From Negaprion brevirostris (taxonomy: Eukaryota): DNA of 64,000 nt. The notes below the pieces were generated by a model, which saw only the letters and a list, made by a program, of their open reading frames with translations, was not told the DNA's origin and did no database searches. Made by a program: the position numbers and the translations under genes. Where the stretch lies: NCBI GenBank assembly GCA_030324005.1, contig JARDVH010000124.1, forward strand, positions 20,213,825 through 20,277,824. Direction: 5' to 3'. Positions 23,710 to 37,192 of the stretch are shown one piece after another. How positions within the stretch are numbered: position 1 is the first letter of the stretch; every line of letters begins with the position of its first letter.

Positions 23710-23794
23710 CCATTGCTTACAACTGCTGAGTGTCCAAACCTATTGAGGTCACGATGCAAATTAGGTTTTGGAAGAGCTGTCCATTCATCACAAG
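23710..23794 (-). CDS. ATRNL1: ATRNL1 internal coding exon D (85 bp, phase 1 to 2); absent from the ORF track
   Basis: Acceptor cttttatctag|CT, donor AATGG|gtgagt. Encodes (A)CDEWTALPKPNLHRDLNRFGHSAVVSN(G). Confidence 0.95.
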
Positions 23795-24851
23795 CTAGAT
23801 AAAAGAACAGGTTTCATTATACTTAAGTTCTGACAAAATGGAGACCAACAACAAATTCCTTCTGCACTTACTAAAACAATGTCACACTTTTCTTTCAATT
23901 TACTAACTGAAGACAAAAGTAAAATAGAAAGAACTGTGCAATGCAACAGTTTTTTTTAAGTGAATGCGCAAGGGAAACGCATGGGTCATCGGATTAAACA
24001 TGTGAAGCCAACTGCAACAAGGGAAACCTGAAATGCAAATTTTATATTTGAGAGAGAGTTAAGTGCAAAATATCATGCAGTATGTCTCAAAGGCTTGAGA
24101 CATTTGTCTCAAAATTTGTCTCAAAGGCTTTGTTTCCTTTTGTTGTGCTGGGTTAAGTTGTCAATCATTTTATTTACTGAAGATATGGTCACTTAATATA
24201 GTGAATAGCGAAGCAGGGTGGACACATNNNNNNNNNNNNNNNNNNNNNNNNNNNNGTGCGTTGTAATAAATTTACTTTGAAACATACTGAAATTCATTGC
24301 CAAACATTATATATGCTATTAATAGTATGATGGGTTTTTTTTGATTGGATGTGTTAACAATTCGTATTTTGGAAGGCTAAAATAATTCCTTGGACAATAC
24401 TGATGGAGATCTACACTAAACCCATTTATAGACTGAATTTCAGCATGGTGAATCATGCTTTCATTTTCAAAAATCCTGTTTCTATGCCATAAATGACTGC
24501 TTTAGGATTGACCAAGAGGATCAATCAGAAGTTAAAATGCCACATTTTTTTTTAAACTGCATGAAGAAATTATGAAGAATCAAACTCTTTTTGAGAGCTT
24601 TATTCAGTTTTTTTAAATCTATTTTATTATTGTTCAAGTTAATAATAAAATTCACATGCATTTATTTATTAACTTTCTGCCTCAAATTAAATTATAATAT
24701 ATTTATAGTATATATGTTTATGAAGTGAAAACAGTCACTTCACCTGTACTTGATGAATTCATAACTAATCCTTGTTTTCTATTGTCCTGTTTTCAAATCT
24801 CATATCAAAAATAGGCAGCACGCACTTCTACAGGATACACTGTAGAAACTT

Positions 24852-25033
24852 GTAAAAAGTCTCACAACACCAGGTTAAAGTCCAACAGGTTTATTTAGAA
24901 TCACGAGCTTTCAGAGCTCCTTACCCGAGGATGGAGCAGCACCCCGAAAGCTTGTGATTCCAAATACTTTAACCTGGTGTTGTGAGACTTTTTACTGGAT
25001 CCACCCGAGTCCAACGCCAGCATCTCCACATCA
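24852..25033. mobile_element. Penelope terminal-repeat-derived foldback mini-element (family 1)
   Basis: Perfect 30-bp inverted repeat 24852-24881/24966-24995; two back-to-back ribozyme remnants; flanking direct repeat tgtag(a/t)aacttgt. Confidence 0.8.
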
Positions 25034-25609
25034 TGTAGTAACTTGTCAAGACTTCTTTGCTAACATCTTCCAAAACAATGGCCTGAACACCTACCAGCAC
25101 AAGGACAACAAATACAGCATCACGTCCAAGCCATGTCTGAAACATGTATATCGTTACTCTTTTTTTTAAATCGTTATTGAGTCAATAATCTTGATCTCCC
25201 TACCCAATAATATTGTAGGAATGATTAAGAGGAGATAATAGGATGAATTTGGAGCAACTATTCATGCTACTTGGGAAATGTAGGACTGGGGACAGTTTGC
25301 ACTGAAAAAAAGTGGCATCATAAGAAAACCACAAGTTCAATGATTGGTAAGGAAGTGCAGTTAGGAATTGTCTACAAATTGCTGTACATACTTTAAACAA
25401 ATTATTGTAATTGAATCTATGAAAGAAAGTTAGGGCCAACATTATAGAAGTAACAAAAGTAGCAGAAGGGAAATTAAGACTTAAAGTAAAGTCACCAAAG
25501 ACTTAAGGAAGATCTTTGCATTGCAGCATGAGTGTTCAGAGTGAAACATGATCCCCAGCACAATTAGTATTCACTTAGGGAAGTAACTACCAACCTTAAT
25601 CTAAACGGA

Positions 25610-26760
25610 AGTCATGGCAGCAGTGTTGGCACCCATGATGTGCTCCTCCTGTGTTGTGTGGGAGGTCATGGGAGTCTGTGCAACTGCTGCTATTAGCTGA
25701 CCACGTTTTGGAGCTGGAAAGGTGGGTGGACTGACTGGGGAGCATAGACAATGCTGAGATTGTTGTGGACATCAGGGACGACAACGTGGCATAGTAGTTA
25801 GCACTGCTATCTAACAGCTCCAGGGNNNNNNNNNNNNNCCTAGGGTGACTGTCTGTGGAGTTTGCGCATTCTCCCATGTCTGTGTGGATTTCCTCCCACA
25901 GTCCAAAGATTTGTGGGTTAGTTTGATTGGCCATGCAAAATTGCCCCTTAGTCTCAGTGCAAATATGTGAGGTTATGGGGATAGAGCCTGGGTAATGCTG
26001 TTGTGCCAAATTGCCTTGTGGTGTTTATGCCACAGGTAAAATGTGAACAAGCAGAAAGGAGATGGGGTGGCCAGTCAGTGGAAAAGGCAGAAGAACCCTG
26101 TAGTTCTCCCATTCTCTGAACAGATATCCAGCTTTAGATATTGTTTGGGGGGGGGCTTTTCAAGGGACTGTAGCGGAAGACAGGCCATCGCACCACGGGT
26201 GGCTCTGCAGCACAAGAGGGGAGGAAATAGTATAGCAGGGCTGTAGTAACAGGGGATTCACTAATAAGGGGGACAAGCATATGTTGCCACAACTGCAAAA
26301 GAGACTCCAGGATGAGGTGTTGCCTCTCTGGGACCAGGGACAAGGATGTCTCCAAGCAGCTGCAGAGCATTCTGAAGGGACAAGTTGGACAGGTAGTGGT
26401 CATGGTACATATCTCTACCAACAACATTGGGAATCAAAGAGATGAGGTCCTACAAGCAGAATATACGGAGTTAGGACATAAATTAAAAAGCAGGACCTCA
26501 AGAGGTCGTAGCCCCAGGATTATTACCTGTGCTACATGCTAGCAAGAGTAAAAAAAAAGATAATCCACTTGAATACGTGGCTGGAAAAATGGAGGAGGGA
26601 GAGCTTCAGATTCCTGGGATGTTGGGACCTGTTCTGAGGAAGTTCGAACCGGCACAAGCAGGCTGCATCTCAGCAACACTGGGATTAAATGTCCTCATGG
26701 AGAGTTTAAACTAGAATGGCAGGGGGGAGTGAGGAGCAAGAGACAGAGAAACAAGAATAG
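25610..26760 (+). mobile_element. CR1 ORF1 (SGNH esterase) remnant, split by an HE1 SINE (~25774-26005)
   Basis: VVTGDSLIRG, RMRCCLSGTRDKDVSKQLQSIL, VVVMVHISTNNI, YTELGHKLKSRT. Confidence 0.85.
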
Positions 26761-26779
26761 AAACAAAAGTTGGATGGCA

Positions 26780-26982
26780 AGCTAGTACTGCTGCTTCGTA
26801 GCATTGTGCTTGAATCCAGAATGGAGTTTACATATTCTCTCCGTGTCTGCTTTGGTTTCCTCCTAGTGCTCCAGTTTCTTCTACAGTCCAAAGATGGGCT
26901 AGGTGGATTGGCCATGCTAAATTGTCAGTGTCCAAAGTGTGTACGTTGGGATACATAGGGATTTTAAAGTTCTATTATTCTA
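26780..26982 (+). mobile_element. Internally deleted HE1-type SINE
   Basis: ggagtttacatattctctccgtgtctgc..gtccaaagatg..ggattggccatgctaaatt. Confidence 0.75.
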
Positions 26983-27084
26983 ACCTCTTAAGATGCACCT
27001 TATTAAAGGTTTGCTGCAAGTGCAAACACAGCACATCCATTTGTTCTTGCTTATCTCTCATACCAATTACATCTGGAAAAAACT

Positions 27085-28292
27085 CCACAGAAACCAATGC
27101 CTGGGCCCCAGTTGTTCACATTATATATAAATGACCTAGATAAGGGAACCAAATGCAATGTTTCCAAGTTCATGAATGCAAAAAACTAGGTGGAATGATG
27201 ACTTGCGAGAAAGATCAAAGAGGCTTCACGGTGATCTCAACAAGTTGGATGAGTGGGCACACACGTCAGATGCAGTACATCATGGCTAAATCTGAAGTTA
27301 TAATTTTGGTGTGAAAAACAGAAAGGAAGAGTATTATTTAAATAGTGAATCTTGGGAAATGTAAACGTATAAAGGGATCTGGGTGTCCTTGTTCACAAGT
27401 CAATGAAAGTGGAGAAACGGGTGTAGCCAGCCATTAGTAAGGCAAACAGTATGTTAGCCTTCATTGCAAGAAGATTTGAAGTCAGAAGTAGGAACATCTG
27501 GGTCTTGGTGAGATCACACCTGGAGTATTGCATGCAGTTTCCATCTCCCTCCTACTTGCCATAGAGGGAGTAAAACAGAGGTCCAGTATGCTGACATCAC
27601 AGTTGGCACGAATGACTATGAGGAGAGACTGGGCCTGTATTCACTAGAGTTGAGGAGGATGAGAGGAGATCTAATTAAACGTGTAAAATTCTAAACAGTG
27701 CTGGATAGACTAGATGCAGCGAGGATGCACTGGTGAGGCCGCAGCTGGAGTACTGTATGCAGTTTTGGTCGCCGCACTTACGCAAGGATATTTTGGCCTT
27801 GGAGGGAGTGCAGAGGAGGTTTNNNNNNNNNNNNNNNNNNNNNNNNNNNNNNNNNNNNNNNNNNNNNNNNNNNNNNNNNNNNNNNNNNNNNNNNNNNNNN
27901 NNNNNNNNNNNNNNNNNNNNNNATGATCTTATTGAATGGCAGGGCAGGCTCGAAGGGTTAGATGGCCTACTCCTGCTCCTATTTCTTATGTTCTTATGTT
28001 TTGCCTGGGGAACCTAGAATCAAGGGACACAGTCTCAGAATACAAAGTCGAACAATTAGGGCCAAGATGAGGAAAATGTATTCAATCAAAAGGGAGTGGA
28101 CCTGTTGAATTCTCTACCACAGAAGGCTGTAGAGGCCAAGTCACAATATATTCAAGGAAGAGATAAATTTATTTAGATTTTAATGATATCAAAGGTAGGG
28201 GAAGAAAGTGGGAATATGGCATGAGATAAAAGATCAGCCATGATTATGTTGATTGTGGAGGAGACTCAAAAGGACCAAATGGCTTACTCCTG
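27085..28292 (+). mobile_element. CR1 ORF2 3' part, with a younger CR1 3' fragment nested at ~27728-28000
   Basis: RT and C-terminal motifs; nested [30 protein letters not shown] with its own tail cctatttcttatgttcttatg; the outer element resumes at about 28000. Confidence 0.8.
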
Positions 28293-28445
28293 TTCCAAAT
28301 TTCTGTGTATTTAAAATCTAAATATAGAATGAAGTCAGGGACCATATCTAGATACAAAGAGTGAACAAAGTGTGGAACAATGTTCCACAAAAAAGCATTA
28401 TTGCCAAGTCAAAAATTAATTTGAAATACAAGACTGATACATTAC

Positions 28446-28812
28446 GGGGAGATGATGGCCTAGTACTATTATCACTAGACTATTAATCCAGAAACTCAGC
28501 TAAAGTTCTGGGGACTCGGGCTCAAATCCTGCCACAGCAGATGGTGGAATTTGAATTCAATTTTTTTTAAAAACCTGGAATTAAGAATCTACTGATAACC
28601 ATGAAAGCACTGTCCATGGTTGGAAAAAACCCATCTGGCTCACTAATGTCCTTTACGGAAGAAAATCTGCCATCCTTACCCAGTCTGGCCTACCTGTGAC
28701 CCTAGAGCCACAGCAATATGGTTAACTCTCAACTGCCTTCCAAGGATAACATGGGAAGGGCAATAAATGCTGGCCAGCCAGCGACACCCAGGTCCCACGA
28801 ATGAATAAAAAT
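28446..28812 (+). mobile_element. Full-length tRNA-derived SINE (second shark family)
   Basis: Head gggagatgatggcctagt..gggctcaaatcc; body aacccatctggctcactaatgtcc; tail gggcaataaatgctggccagccagcgac..atgaataaaaa. Confidence 0.82.
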
Positions 28813-29665
28813 TACAGTACATGGGACAAAAACAGGCACATGGGGCTATGGTGACAGATCAGCCATGATCTAATGCAATGGCAGAATGGACTCAATGACC
28901 TAATTGGCCTTCTCCTCTTCCTTTATGCCTTTGATTATCCTCACCACATGGCCTTCAATAGTTCAAAGAGGCCACCCATGATCACCTTTTCAAATCTAAT
29001 TAGGAATGAGCAATATATGCTGGCCTTGCGTGCGATGCCTGACAATGATTAACAAAAATAAGGCTTACTGTATTAATTTTCTTTGGACAAAAAATGCAAG
29101 CAAACTTTAAAGTCTAGGTAATTTCAAACAAAGCAAAAAGATGGCCTTCAAATTCTTTAAACATGCATACGGAAAAGGAACCAATTTAAAAATTGATTTT
29201 AAAATATTTTGACAAGGGAAACTGTAGCACAGAAATCTAGTTTAAATCACTTATTTTCTCTGGCAGAGGTGATGCTGTCTAAATGCAGTTTACAAATTTA
29301 ATATATAGCTTAATTGCTGCGGCTGCACAGATATAAACTGGGGCAAATTAGTGCTGCATTGGTGGCACACAAATATTAAATCACACAGCACACCCTAATA
29401 ACGACTGCTCAGGGAATATGTTATTAGAGATGAAATTAAAAACTATTTAGGGTAGCAATGGGTAAAACTGTCAATTAAATTTTCTTTAGAAATCCAAGTA
29501 CTTGGCAGATTTCAAAATATAATTACAATGCAATTACAGCACGATAGTTACTGCAAGCAACATTACAATTAAACATATATCCAAATAGGAAAATGTTCCT
29601 TGAATGGTGTAGTTGGTTATTACAATTTCTGAAGTTCCCACTGTAGTACTATGTTGTACCAAAAT

Positions 29666-29931
29666 CGTAGAATCTTTACATTGCAGAATGTGGCCATTCA
29701 ACCCATTGAGTCTGCACAAACGTTCCAGGTCTTATCCCCGTAACTCCACACAGTTACCCCCCTGAACCCCTACCTATCTATTTTGGACACTAAGGGGCAA
29801 TTTAGCATGACCAATCAACTGAATCTGCACATTTTTGTACTGTGGGGTGAAGCTGAAGCACGTGGATTAAATCCACGCAGACACTGGGAGAATGTGCGTG
29901 GAGTTTGCACAGTCACCCATGGCCAGAATTA
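29666..29931 (-). mobile_element. HE1-type V-SINE, left arm of an inverted pair
   Basis: Reversed V-domain and tail. Confidence 0.88.
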
Positions 29932-29951
29932 GCAGCTAAAATGTTTCTACG

Positions 29952-30280
29952 ACGGTGGCATGGTGGCACAGTGCCACAGTGGTTTCACAGCACCTGGCTT
30001 TAATTCTGGCCGTGGGTGACTGTGTGTGGAATTTGCACATTCTCNNNNNNNNNNNNNNNNNNNNNNNNNNNNNNNNNNNNNNNNNNNNNNNNNNNNNNNN
30101 NNNNNNNNNNNNNNNNNNNNNNNNNNNNNNNNNNNNNNNNNNNNNNNNNNNNNNNNNNNAAATAGATAGGTTAGGGGTTCAGGGGGGCAACTACATGGAG
30201 TCACGGGGATAAGGCCTGGAACGTTGATGCAGACTCAATGGATTGAATGGCCACATTCTGCAATGTAAAGATTCTAAGAT
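29952..30280 (+). mobile_element. HE1-type V-SINE, right arm of the inverted pair (contains a gap)
   Basis: Head gacggtggcatggtggcacagtg, V-domain, tail gtaaagattctaag. Confidence 0.88.
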
Positions 30281-31789
30281 AACATTTTCTTTGCCACAAA
30301 ATGCACTTGTCTATTTTCCCCCCAAAATGCAATACGAATACAATTTATTTAGTAGACTGATGGAAGATTTAGACATCTGCATTTGACCTATTTTAAAGGA
30401 CAAGTATTCAGAGACAGCAAGCCATTTATGAAAAGTTTATTTTCCTCTGTCAGGGAGTTAATTTATTTGTCCTGCTTGAAGCATCTTATTGACATTAATT
30501 AAATTTTCAATTTTACTGTTGCCTATATTTTGGATAACATATCCAAGTGGCAAGTTACTAGATCTGTAGTTTGTTCAAAAAATGTTATGAGAAGCATTTA
30601 TGAATTTACAACATACTATAAAGAAACAACAAATAGATGAGGCTATGAAACACCTATAGCCACATAGGATGTATCAAGTTAGCTGTTATAATAAAACAAG
30701 CTTCCCAAACACCTTAATAAAATGAAAAACAAATATAGTTATTTAATACTGAACCAAACTGAATGCTCATGCTTTAAAATCTTGATGTGTGTTTGTTGGA
30801 AGATAATTACATTTCGGCATCTTGGCTCAATTGATTTCTTCTGCACTTTATATAAAAAATTGGCATGAATGGATTTTTTAAACAAATAGACAGATCATAA
30901 ATTTCTCATTCATCAGAAAGAATGTAAGCAGATTTTTGTTTTAAAAAAACAATTGCCTAGTTAAAATTAAACTGGCTACAACTAATGAGTTGAATTCCAT
31001 TCTTATCCAGTCATTTCAACAGGAATAACAGCACAAAATAGGAATGTGGCTGCAATCTCCAATATCATCGTGTCAAAGGACTCATAGAGCAAGATGATCA
31101 ATTAACACTTTTTGGATTAGCAATTTGGTTAGGTTAAGGACAGGATTTACACTCATGCACTTTTCCCAGCGTACAATATCAGAAATCCATGCTGCAAAGC
31201 TCCTGACGCTGACTCAGCTGGTGAAGACAGTGTACAGTAGAACCATACCAAGTAGAAGTTTCCATGTTTGCTTTCCAATCTGTTCTGCGTTTAGTCTCAG
31301 CTGGGTTAGTAATTGCAGCACAACTGGTCTTGGTGTTTTTCAACATGAAGTGAAAATCAGTCAAAGTTTTCACTCCTGATTGCTATGTGCAGATCCCCTG
31401 CAAGGAAATGCAGTTGACTGGATTAAGTTCAGCTGCAATGGCCTTCTGCAGTTGACTGGACTAAAAAAACTCATCTCCAGAATAATCACTTAGGCAAGAT
31501 GTAGAAGGCAGTCAGCGTGCTTGGAATTGTAGAATTTTCTTCCTTCTTCAAATGATGTATAGTCTAACTGATTGCTTCTGGAAAAACCACATGCTCAAAA
31601 CTCTCAATAAAGTAGCATTAGAGATCAGCAATCTCCACTAGCTCTCACTGTTGTGCAAAGTCATTCTGGCCTGAAGCCAACCCAGAACTAGCTAGCCAAT
31701 ATCCCATACTGAAATAAATGCCACCAAAATACCAGCAATCTCACAAGCTAATTGAAAACGCAGTCAACCAATGTAAAGAGACAGCACAG

Positions 31790-31908
31790 TGAGAGGCAAT
31801 TATAGTATATGAGAGTGTCTGCCTGGTGCTTGGGTCCGGGATGTCGCATCTGGGCTACAGAGGAACCTGGAGTGGGAGGGTGAGAATCCGGTCGTTGTGG
31901 TACATGTG
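31790..31908 (+). mobile_element. CR1 ORF1 esterase fragment running into a gap
   Basis: CLPGAWVRDVASGLQRNLEWEGENPVVVVHV. Confidence 0.8.
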
Positions 31909-32349
31909 NNNNNNNNNNNNNNNNNNNNNNNNNNNNNNNNNNNNNNNNNNNNNNNNNNNNNNNNNNNNNNNNNNNNNNNNNNNNNNNNNNNNNNNNNNNN
32001 NNNNNNNNNNNNNNNNNNNNNNNNNNNNNNNNNNNNNNNNNNNNNNNNNNNNNNNNNNNNNNNNNNNNNNNNNNNNNNNNNNNNNNNNNNNNNNNNNNNN
32101 NNNNNNNNNNNNNNNNNNNNNNNNNNNNNNNNNNNNNNNNNNNNNNNNNNNNNNNNNNNNNNNNNNNNNNNNNNNNNNNNNNNNNNNNNNNCAGAAGCAA
32201 ATAAACTGGGAGAATGGAAGACAGTCCTTACAGGACACTGAGTGTAAGAAAAAGTCATTATAATCAGAAAGCCAGTTGGTGAAGGAGCATACTGGAGTTA
32301 ACCTTTTTTTCAGTCTTGTATTTACTTAGAATGGGACTTACAAGTATAT

Positions 32350-33765
32350 GATTTGATTTATTATTGTCACATGTATTAACATAGCGTACAGTATTGTTTC
32401 TTGCACACTACACAGACAAAACATACTGTTTATAAAGAAGGAAACGAGAGAGTGCACAATGTAGTGTGACAGTCGTAGCTAGGGTGCAGAGAAAGATCAA
32501 CTAAATGCAAGGTAAGTCCATTCAAAAGTCTGACAGCAGCAGGGGAGAAGCTGTTCTTGAGTAGGTTGGTACGTGTCTTGTATCTTATTCCTAATGGAAG
32601 AAGGTAGAAGAGAATATGTCCAGGGTGTGTGGGGTCCTTGATTATGCTGGCTGCTTTTCCAAGGCAGCAGGAAGTGTCAACAGAGCCAATGGATGGGAGG
32701 CTGGTTTGCACGATGCATTAGGCATTCATGGCCGTTTATAGTTCCTTGCAGTCTTGGGAAGGGCAGGAGCNNNNNNNNNNCAAACTGTGATACAGCTGTG
32801 ATGTAAAGAAAGAATGCTTTCTATGGTGCATCTGTAAAAGTTGATGAGTCACAGCTGACTTACCAAATTTCCTTGGTCTTCTGAGAAAGTAGAGGCGTTG
32901 GTGGGCTTTCTTAACTATAGTCTCAGCACGGGGGGACCAAGACAGGTTATTGATGATCTGGACACCGAAGAACTTGAAGCTCTCAACCCTTTTTACTTCG
33001 TCCCCGTTGATGTCGATAGGGGCATGTTCTCCTTTACACTTCCTGAAGTGGATGTCAATGTTTTGTTGACGTTGAGTGAGAGATTATTGTTGCCACACCA
33101 GTTCACCAGATTCTCTGTTTCATTCCTGCACTTTGTCTTGTCCTTATTTGAGACCTGACCCACAATGGTGGTGTCATCAGCAAACTTGAAAATCGCATTG
33201 GAAGGGAATTTGGCCACACAGTCATAAGGAATATAGTAGGGGGTTGACAACACAGCCTTGTGGGGCACCAGTGTTGAGAATGATCATGGAGGTGGTATTG
33301 TTATCTATGTTCACTGATTATGGGCTGTGAGTTAGGAAGTTCAGGATCCAGTGGCAGAGGGAGGTGCCCAGGCCAGGCCACATGGTTTGGAGATGAGTTT
33401 TATGGGAATAATAGTGTTGAAGGCTGAGCTGTAGTCAATAAATATGAGTCTGACCTAGGTGTCCCTGTTATCTAGGTGTTCCAGGGTTGAGTGCAGGGCC
33501 AGGGAGACGGCGTCTGCCGTGGACCTGTTTCAGTGGTAGGCAAACTGTACTAGATCCAGGTGGTCCAGGAGGCTGGAATTGATCTGTGCCATGACTAACC
33601 TTTCAAATCACTTCATAATGATGGATGTCAAGAGCCATTGGCCAATAGTCACTAAGGCATGCTGCTTGGTTTTTCTTAGGTACTGGGATAATGGTCGTCT
33701 TCATGAAGCAGATAGGGACTTCAGATTGTTGTAAAGAGAGGTTGAATGTCTGTGAATACCCCCCA
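32350..33765 (-). mobile_element. Rex1/Babar-clade LINE, 5'-truncated and frameshifted
   Basis: FNLSLQQSEVPICFMKTTIIPVPKK; YDCVAKFPSNAIFKFADDTTIVG..LVNWCGNNNLSLNVNKT; IIKDPTHPGHILF; tail gtgacaataataaatcaaatc. Confidence 0.88.
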
Positions 33766-36299
33766 CCAACTGATCCACCCAAGGTCTGAGTGCTCGTCTG
33801 GGTACCCCATCCTGGCCAGCCTCCTTCCATGGGTTGACCTTTGAGATGGCTGCTCCCTAACACAACTCAACACAATTTCAGAAGATGTCCCTTTATGTGC
33901 TGAAGGAAAAACCCCAACAAATAGTCTCCACCTGAACATAATTCAACAATTTATATACAATTGATGTACAAAAATTAACTTTCAGAGTGGGCTTATAGTG
34001 CATATTGGTTGGTAGTGTTCCCAAATTAGAAATAGTGTCATGCCATATTTCTAACTTTGCACATGGACTGAACTTGCATGAAAGCTTATGGAACTGTGTT
34101 TTAGTTGTTAAAATGGACACTGATGGACTATTAAGATGGCTACTGAGGAGGGTCAGGTTCTGCTTATCTATGTTTATCCAATACAAACCAACGAGCTTCC
34201 AGAAAGTTTAACTTGAGTGAGGGCCTTCCCCTGATACGTACATGCAAATACAAACGTTATCTGTGGAATTCACACCTGCCACTGTTTGAAATTTACTCAA
34301 AATGTAGTATCAATAGACTCCTAGGTTCTACAGCTCTAGGTTTGCATTTCAACAAAAGAAAGCTGATGAGACCAATTATCCAAGTATGCAAGATCATCAT
34401 CATCTATCTCCGATTGTATTGTGATGGTTTTCGACTTCTAAACCATTCTGATTGGCTGAGCATCAGCATTGGTTATGTGATCAAAACCAGCTTTTATCTA
34501 AAGAATCAGAGGGATCAGGTGTTATAAATAGCTAGTTAATGGTTCATTCATAGTAATATTTTGCGTATAGTTTTTAGTTCTGGGAAGGGAGGCAATTTTT
34601 AGTTCTGCAAAGATTAACGTTAACTGCAGAAAATGGGAAAAAAATGCAACTAACGCAGCTTGAAGACTAGCACACGTAAAAAGTTGGGGTCATATTGACT
34701 TAGATTAACAGTTAAAAAGGGAAGATGATAAAACAACAGGTGGGTTTAGTGAGCTGGAGAACTGAAGAGGTACCTATGCTGCTTGCAAATAGTTGCAATC
34801 TGTATGCATTGCCGGGGAAGTGTTCTACAGCAATGAAGAAAGGCATACCGAAAAGGTACTACTACTTGCAGGTTCCAGGCAGCAAAAGTTTTGCTATTAG
34901 CTACTTCTAAGTGGTCAGGCAAAGTCTCAGGAACCACTCAATATTTCTGTGCAGCACAAGCCCAGGAGAGCTAAGGTGGTCACTGATTCCATGCTGGAAA
35001 AGGCTGGGGCTCAAAAAGAGCCCTGGGAGCCATTTATATAATTTGGTACAGCTGTGGAAATTGGAGCTTAGTGAAATTCAAGAGCAAAGCTAGCCAGCTA
35101 CGAAAGAGATTGAATTGCTCCCATGCATAGAGACTAAGTGCAGATTCAGAAATCCAGCGATCAGAGTCTCAGGAAATGAGACCGAAACCCTGGGGGATGT
35201 GCATCATGGGCGTAGTCTGAGTTGAAGCAGCTTTCAGGAAATTCAGAGGTTTGATCTTTGAAAGTGATTTTTTAACAAGGCTGGTTGACTCTGTTTACGA
35301 ACGTCTGGATGAGTTGCTCAGCCATGTTTTGGAACCCTAGATAAAATCAAATAAAGCTGATCTGCAACAAAAGCTTGCAGCTGACCAACTTTACAAGCTG
35401 ACTGCAATTTTCATGCTGAAAACTAGACATTCAAATCAGTTCAGATGAGTATATTAACTTAAAAACTAATTGAAAATTCCAAATGGAAAACAGTGAATGT
35501 CTAAACAATGCACAATTTCCAAATCTTTGGTATAAAATGGGATTCTCAATGATCCAATAAAACAGCTCTCATAAGATGGAAATAATCATGACAATAATCC
35601 AAATAGAAATGGGTTTAAACAAAGTACTGCACTGACACTATTCAGAACATGGGATTTTAATTGTTTGTGTACATTATATATAGTGTGTGAAAGATATTCA
35701 GGAAAAGGATTAATTTGGATTTTCAGGTTATTCTAAGATATATCCATAATTGTGCAGTCATACTGAAACAATAAAAAATAAGATTTCCCCTGCGCCTATC
35801 TTAGCAGTTCAATACTGTATAAGCTAAATTAACCAGGAGGTGCACAGAACATTCCAACCAAAACCTCCAAGTAAATTCTACAGATCAGCCATAATCTTAT
35901 TGAATGGCGGGGTAGGCTTGAAGGGCTAGATGGCCTACTCCTGCTCCTATTTCTTATGCTCTTATGTCAACCACAAAGCGAATTGGCAAATCAGGATGGT
36001 CAGGTAATCAAACATATTTTGAATGCAAATTATGCCACGAACTAAACCCACTCCAATGTGAATGCAACAAATTTAGTTTTGATCAATTATAATTATGGAG
36101 TGTCTAGCCAATATTATAACCCTCCTTAAAGTTTAACTGATAACAAAAAACAATAGTGTAGTTCCAAACCAAAAGTATACAAATATCAAGAATAAAAGCA
36201 TCCCATTAATACAGGGAAGAGAAGAATTCCAATGCAGGAATTTAGACAACAAATCATCTGATCTTTTGAAAATATTTCTTCAAGTTAAAAAAGGTTTGG

Positions 36300-36640
36300 A
36301 TTGTTAAGCTTAAGACATTAAGGGAAATTGATGGGATGAGACAGGAAAGCTATTTCCACTGGTTGGAGAATTAAGGATGAGGGGCATCATTTAAAAATTA
36401 GAGCCAAGCCTTTCAGGAGTGAAGTTAGGAAGCAATTAAGTGATAGAAGTTGAAATTCTTTTTCACAAAGAACAATTCTAATGTGTTCCTTTTTCATTTC
36501 AAATCCTATTCATTTAAAACATCCCAAAGGATATGGATCAAGATTGGGTAGTTAACTTAGCTCACCAATAGTAATGGTCCCATGAAATAACTATACAGGA
36601 GCAAGAGACTAAATAGTCCACTTCTGTCCTTATGTTTCCA
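36300..36640 (+). mobile_element. Degraded CR1 3' end
   Basis: ggaaagctatttccactggttggaga..gagggggcatcatttaaaaattagagcc..gtgaagttaggaagc. Confidence 0.7.
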
Positions 36641-36683
36641 TAACTGACAGGTTTAAAATAAGAATTTAAATCAGAAGTAAAAT

Positions 36684-37192
36684 TTGACTCAATTACCGTA
36701 ACACACTCCTGGCTGGTCTCCCACATTCTATCCTCAGTAAATTTGAAGCCATCCGTAACTCTATCACTCCAAACCCACCACAAGCCCATTTATTCATCAC
36801 CCATATGCTCCTGGGTTACATTGTGAAACAAGTTTACACTATCAATTAAACAAGTATTTTATTTTAAAATTCTCATCCCTGTTGTCAAATCCTGCATCCC
36901 CAGGGGGCTCGCCCCCATCTCTATAATCTCATTCAACTTCACAACTCAAGATATCAGTGCTCCTCTAATTCTGACTAAGGATCCTTGATGTTAATTGCCT
37001 CATCATTGGGGGTCATTCTTCAATTACCTGGACTTGAAGCTCTGAAATTCTCCCCTAAACACTCAAGACACCACCATCTCTTTTTCCTCCTTGAAGACAC
37101 TCGTTAGAATTCATTTCTTTGATCAGGTTTAGATACATAGTTGAACTTGGAATGTTTTACATGGTAAGTACTATATAAATGCTTGTTGTTTT
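36684..37192 (+). mobile_element. L2-clade LINE 3' end
   Basis: YRNTLLAGLPHSILSKFEAIRNS (L2 DYCNSLLAGLP motif); tail tactatataaatgcttgttgtt. Confidence 0.75.

Noticed and set aside
24852-25033. Recurrent short repeats read as CRISPR-like or miRNA loci
   Set aside because: They are dispersed TE-derived inverted repeats in a eukaryotic intron, with no repeat-spacer array and no small-RNA evidence.
34200-35340. Possible further LTR-like element
   Set aside because: The composition is suggestive, but I could not find termini, a TSD or a second copy.
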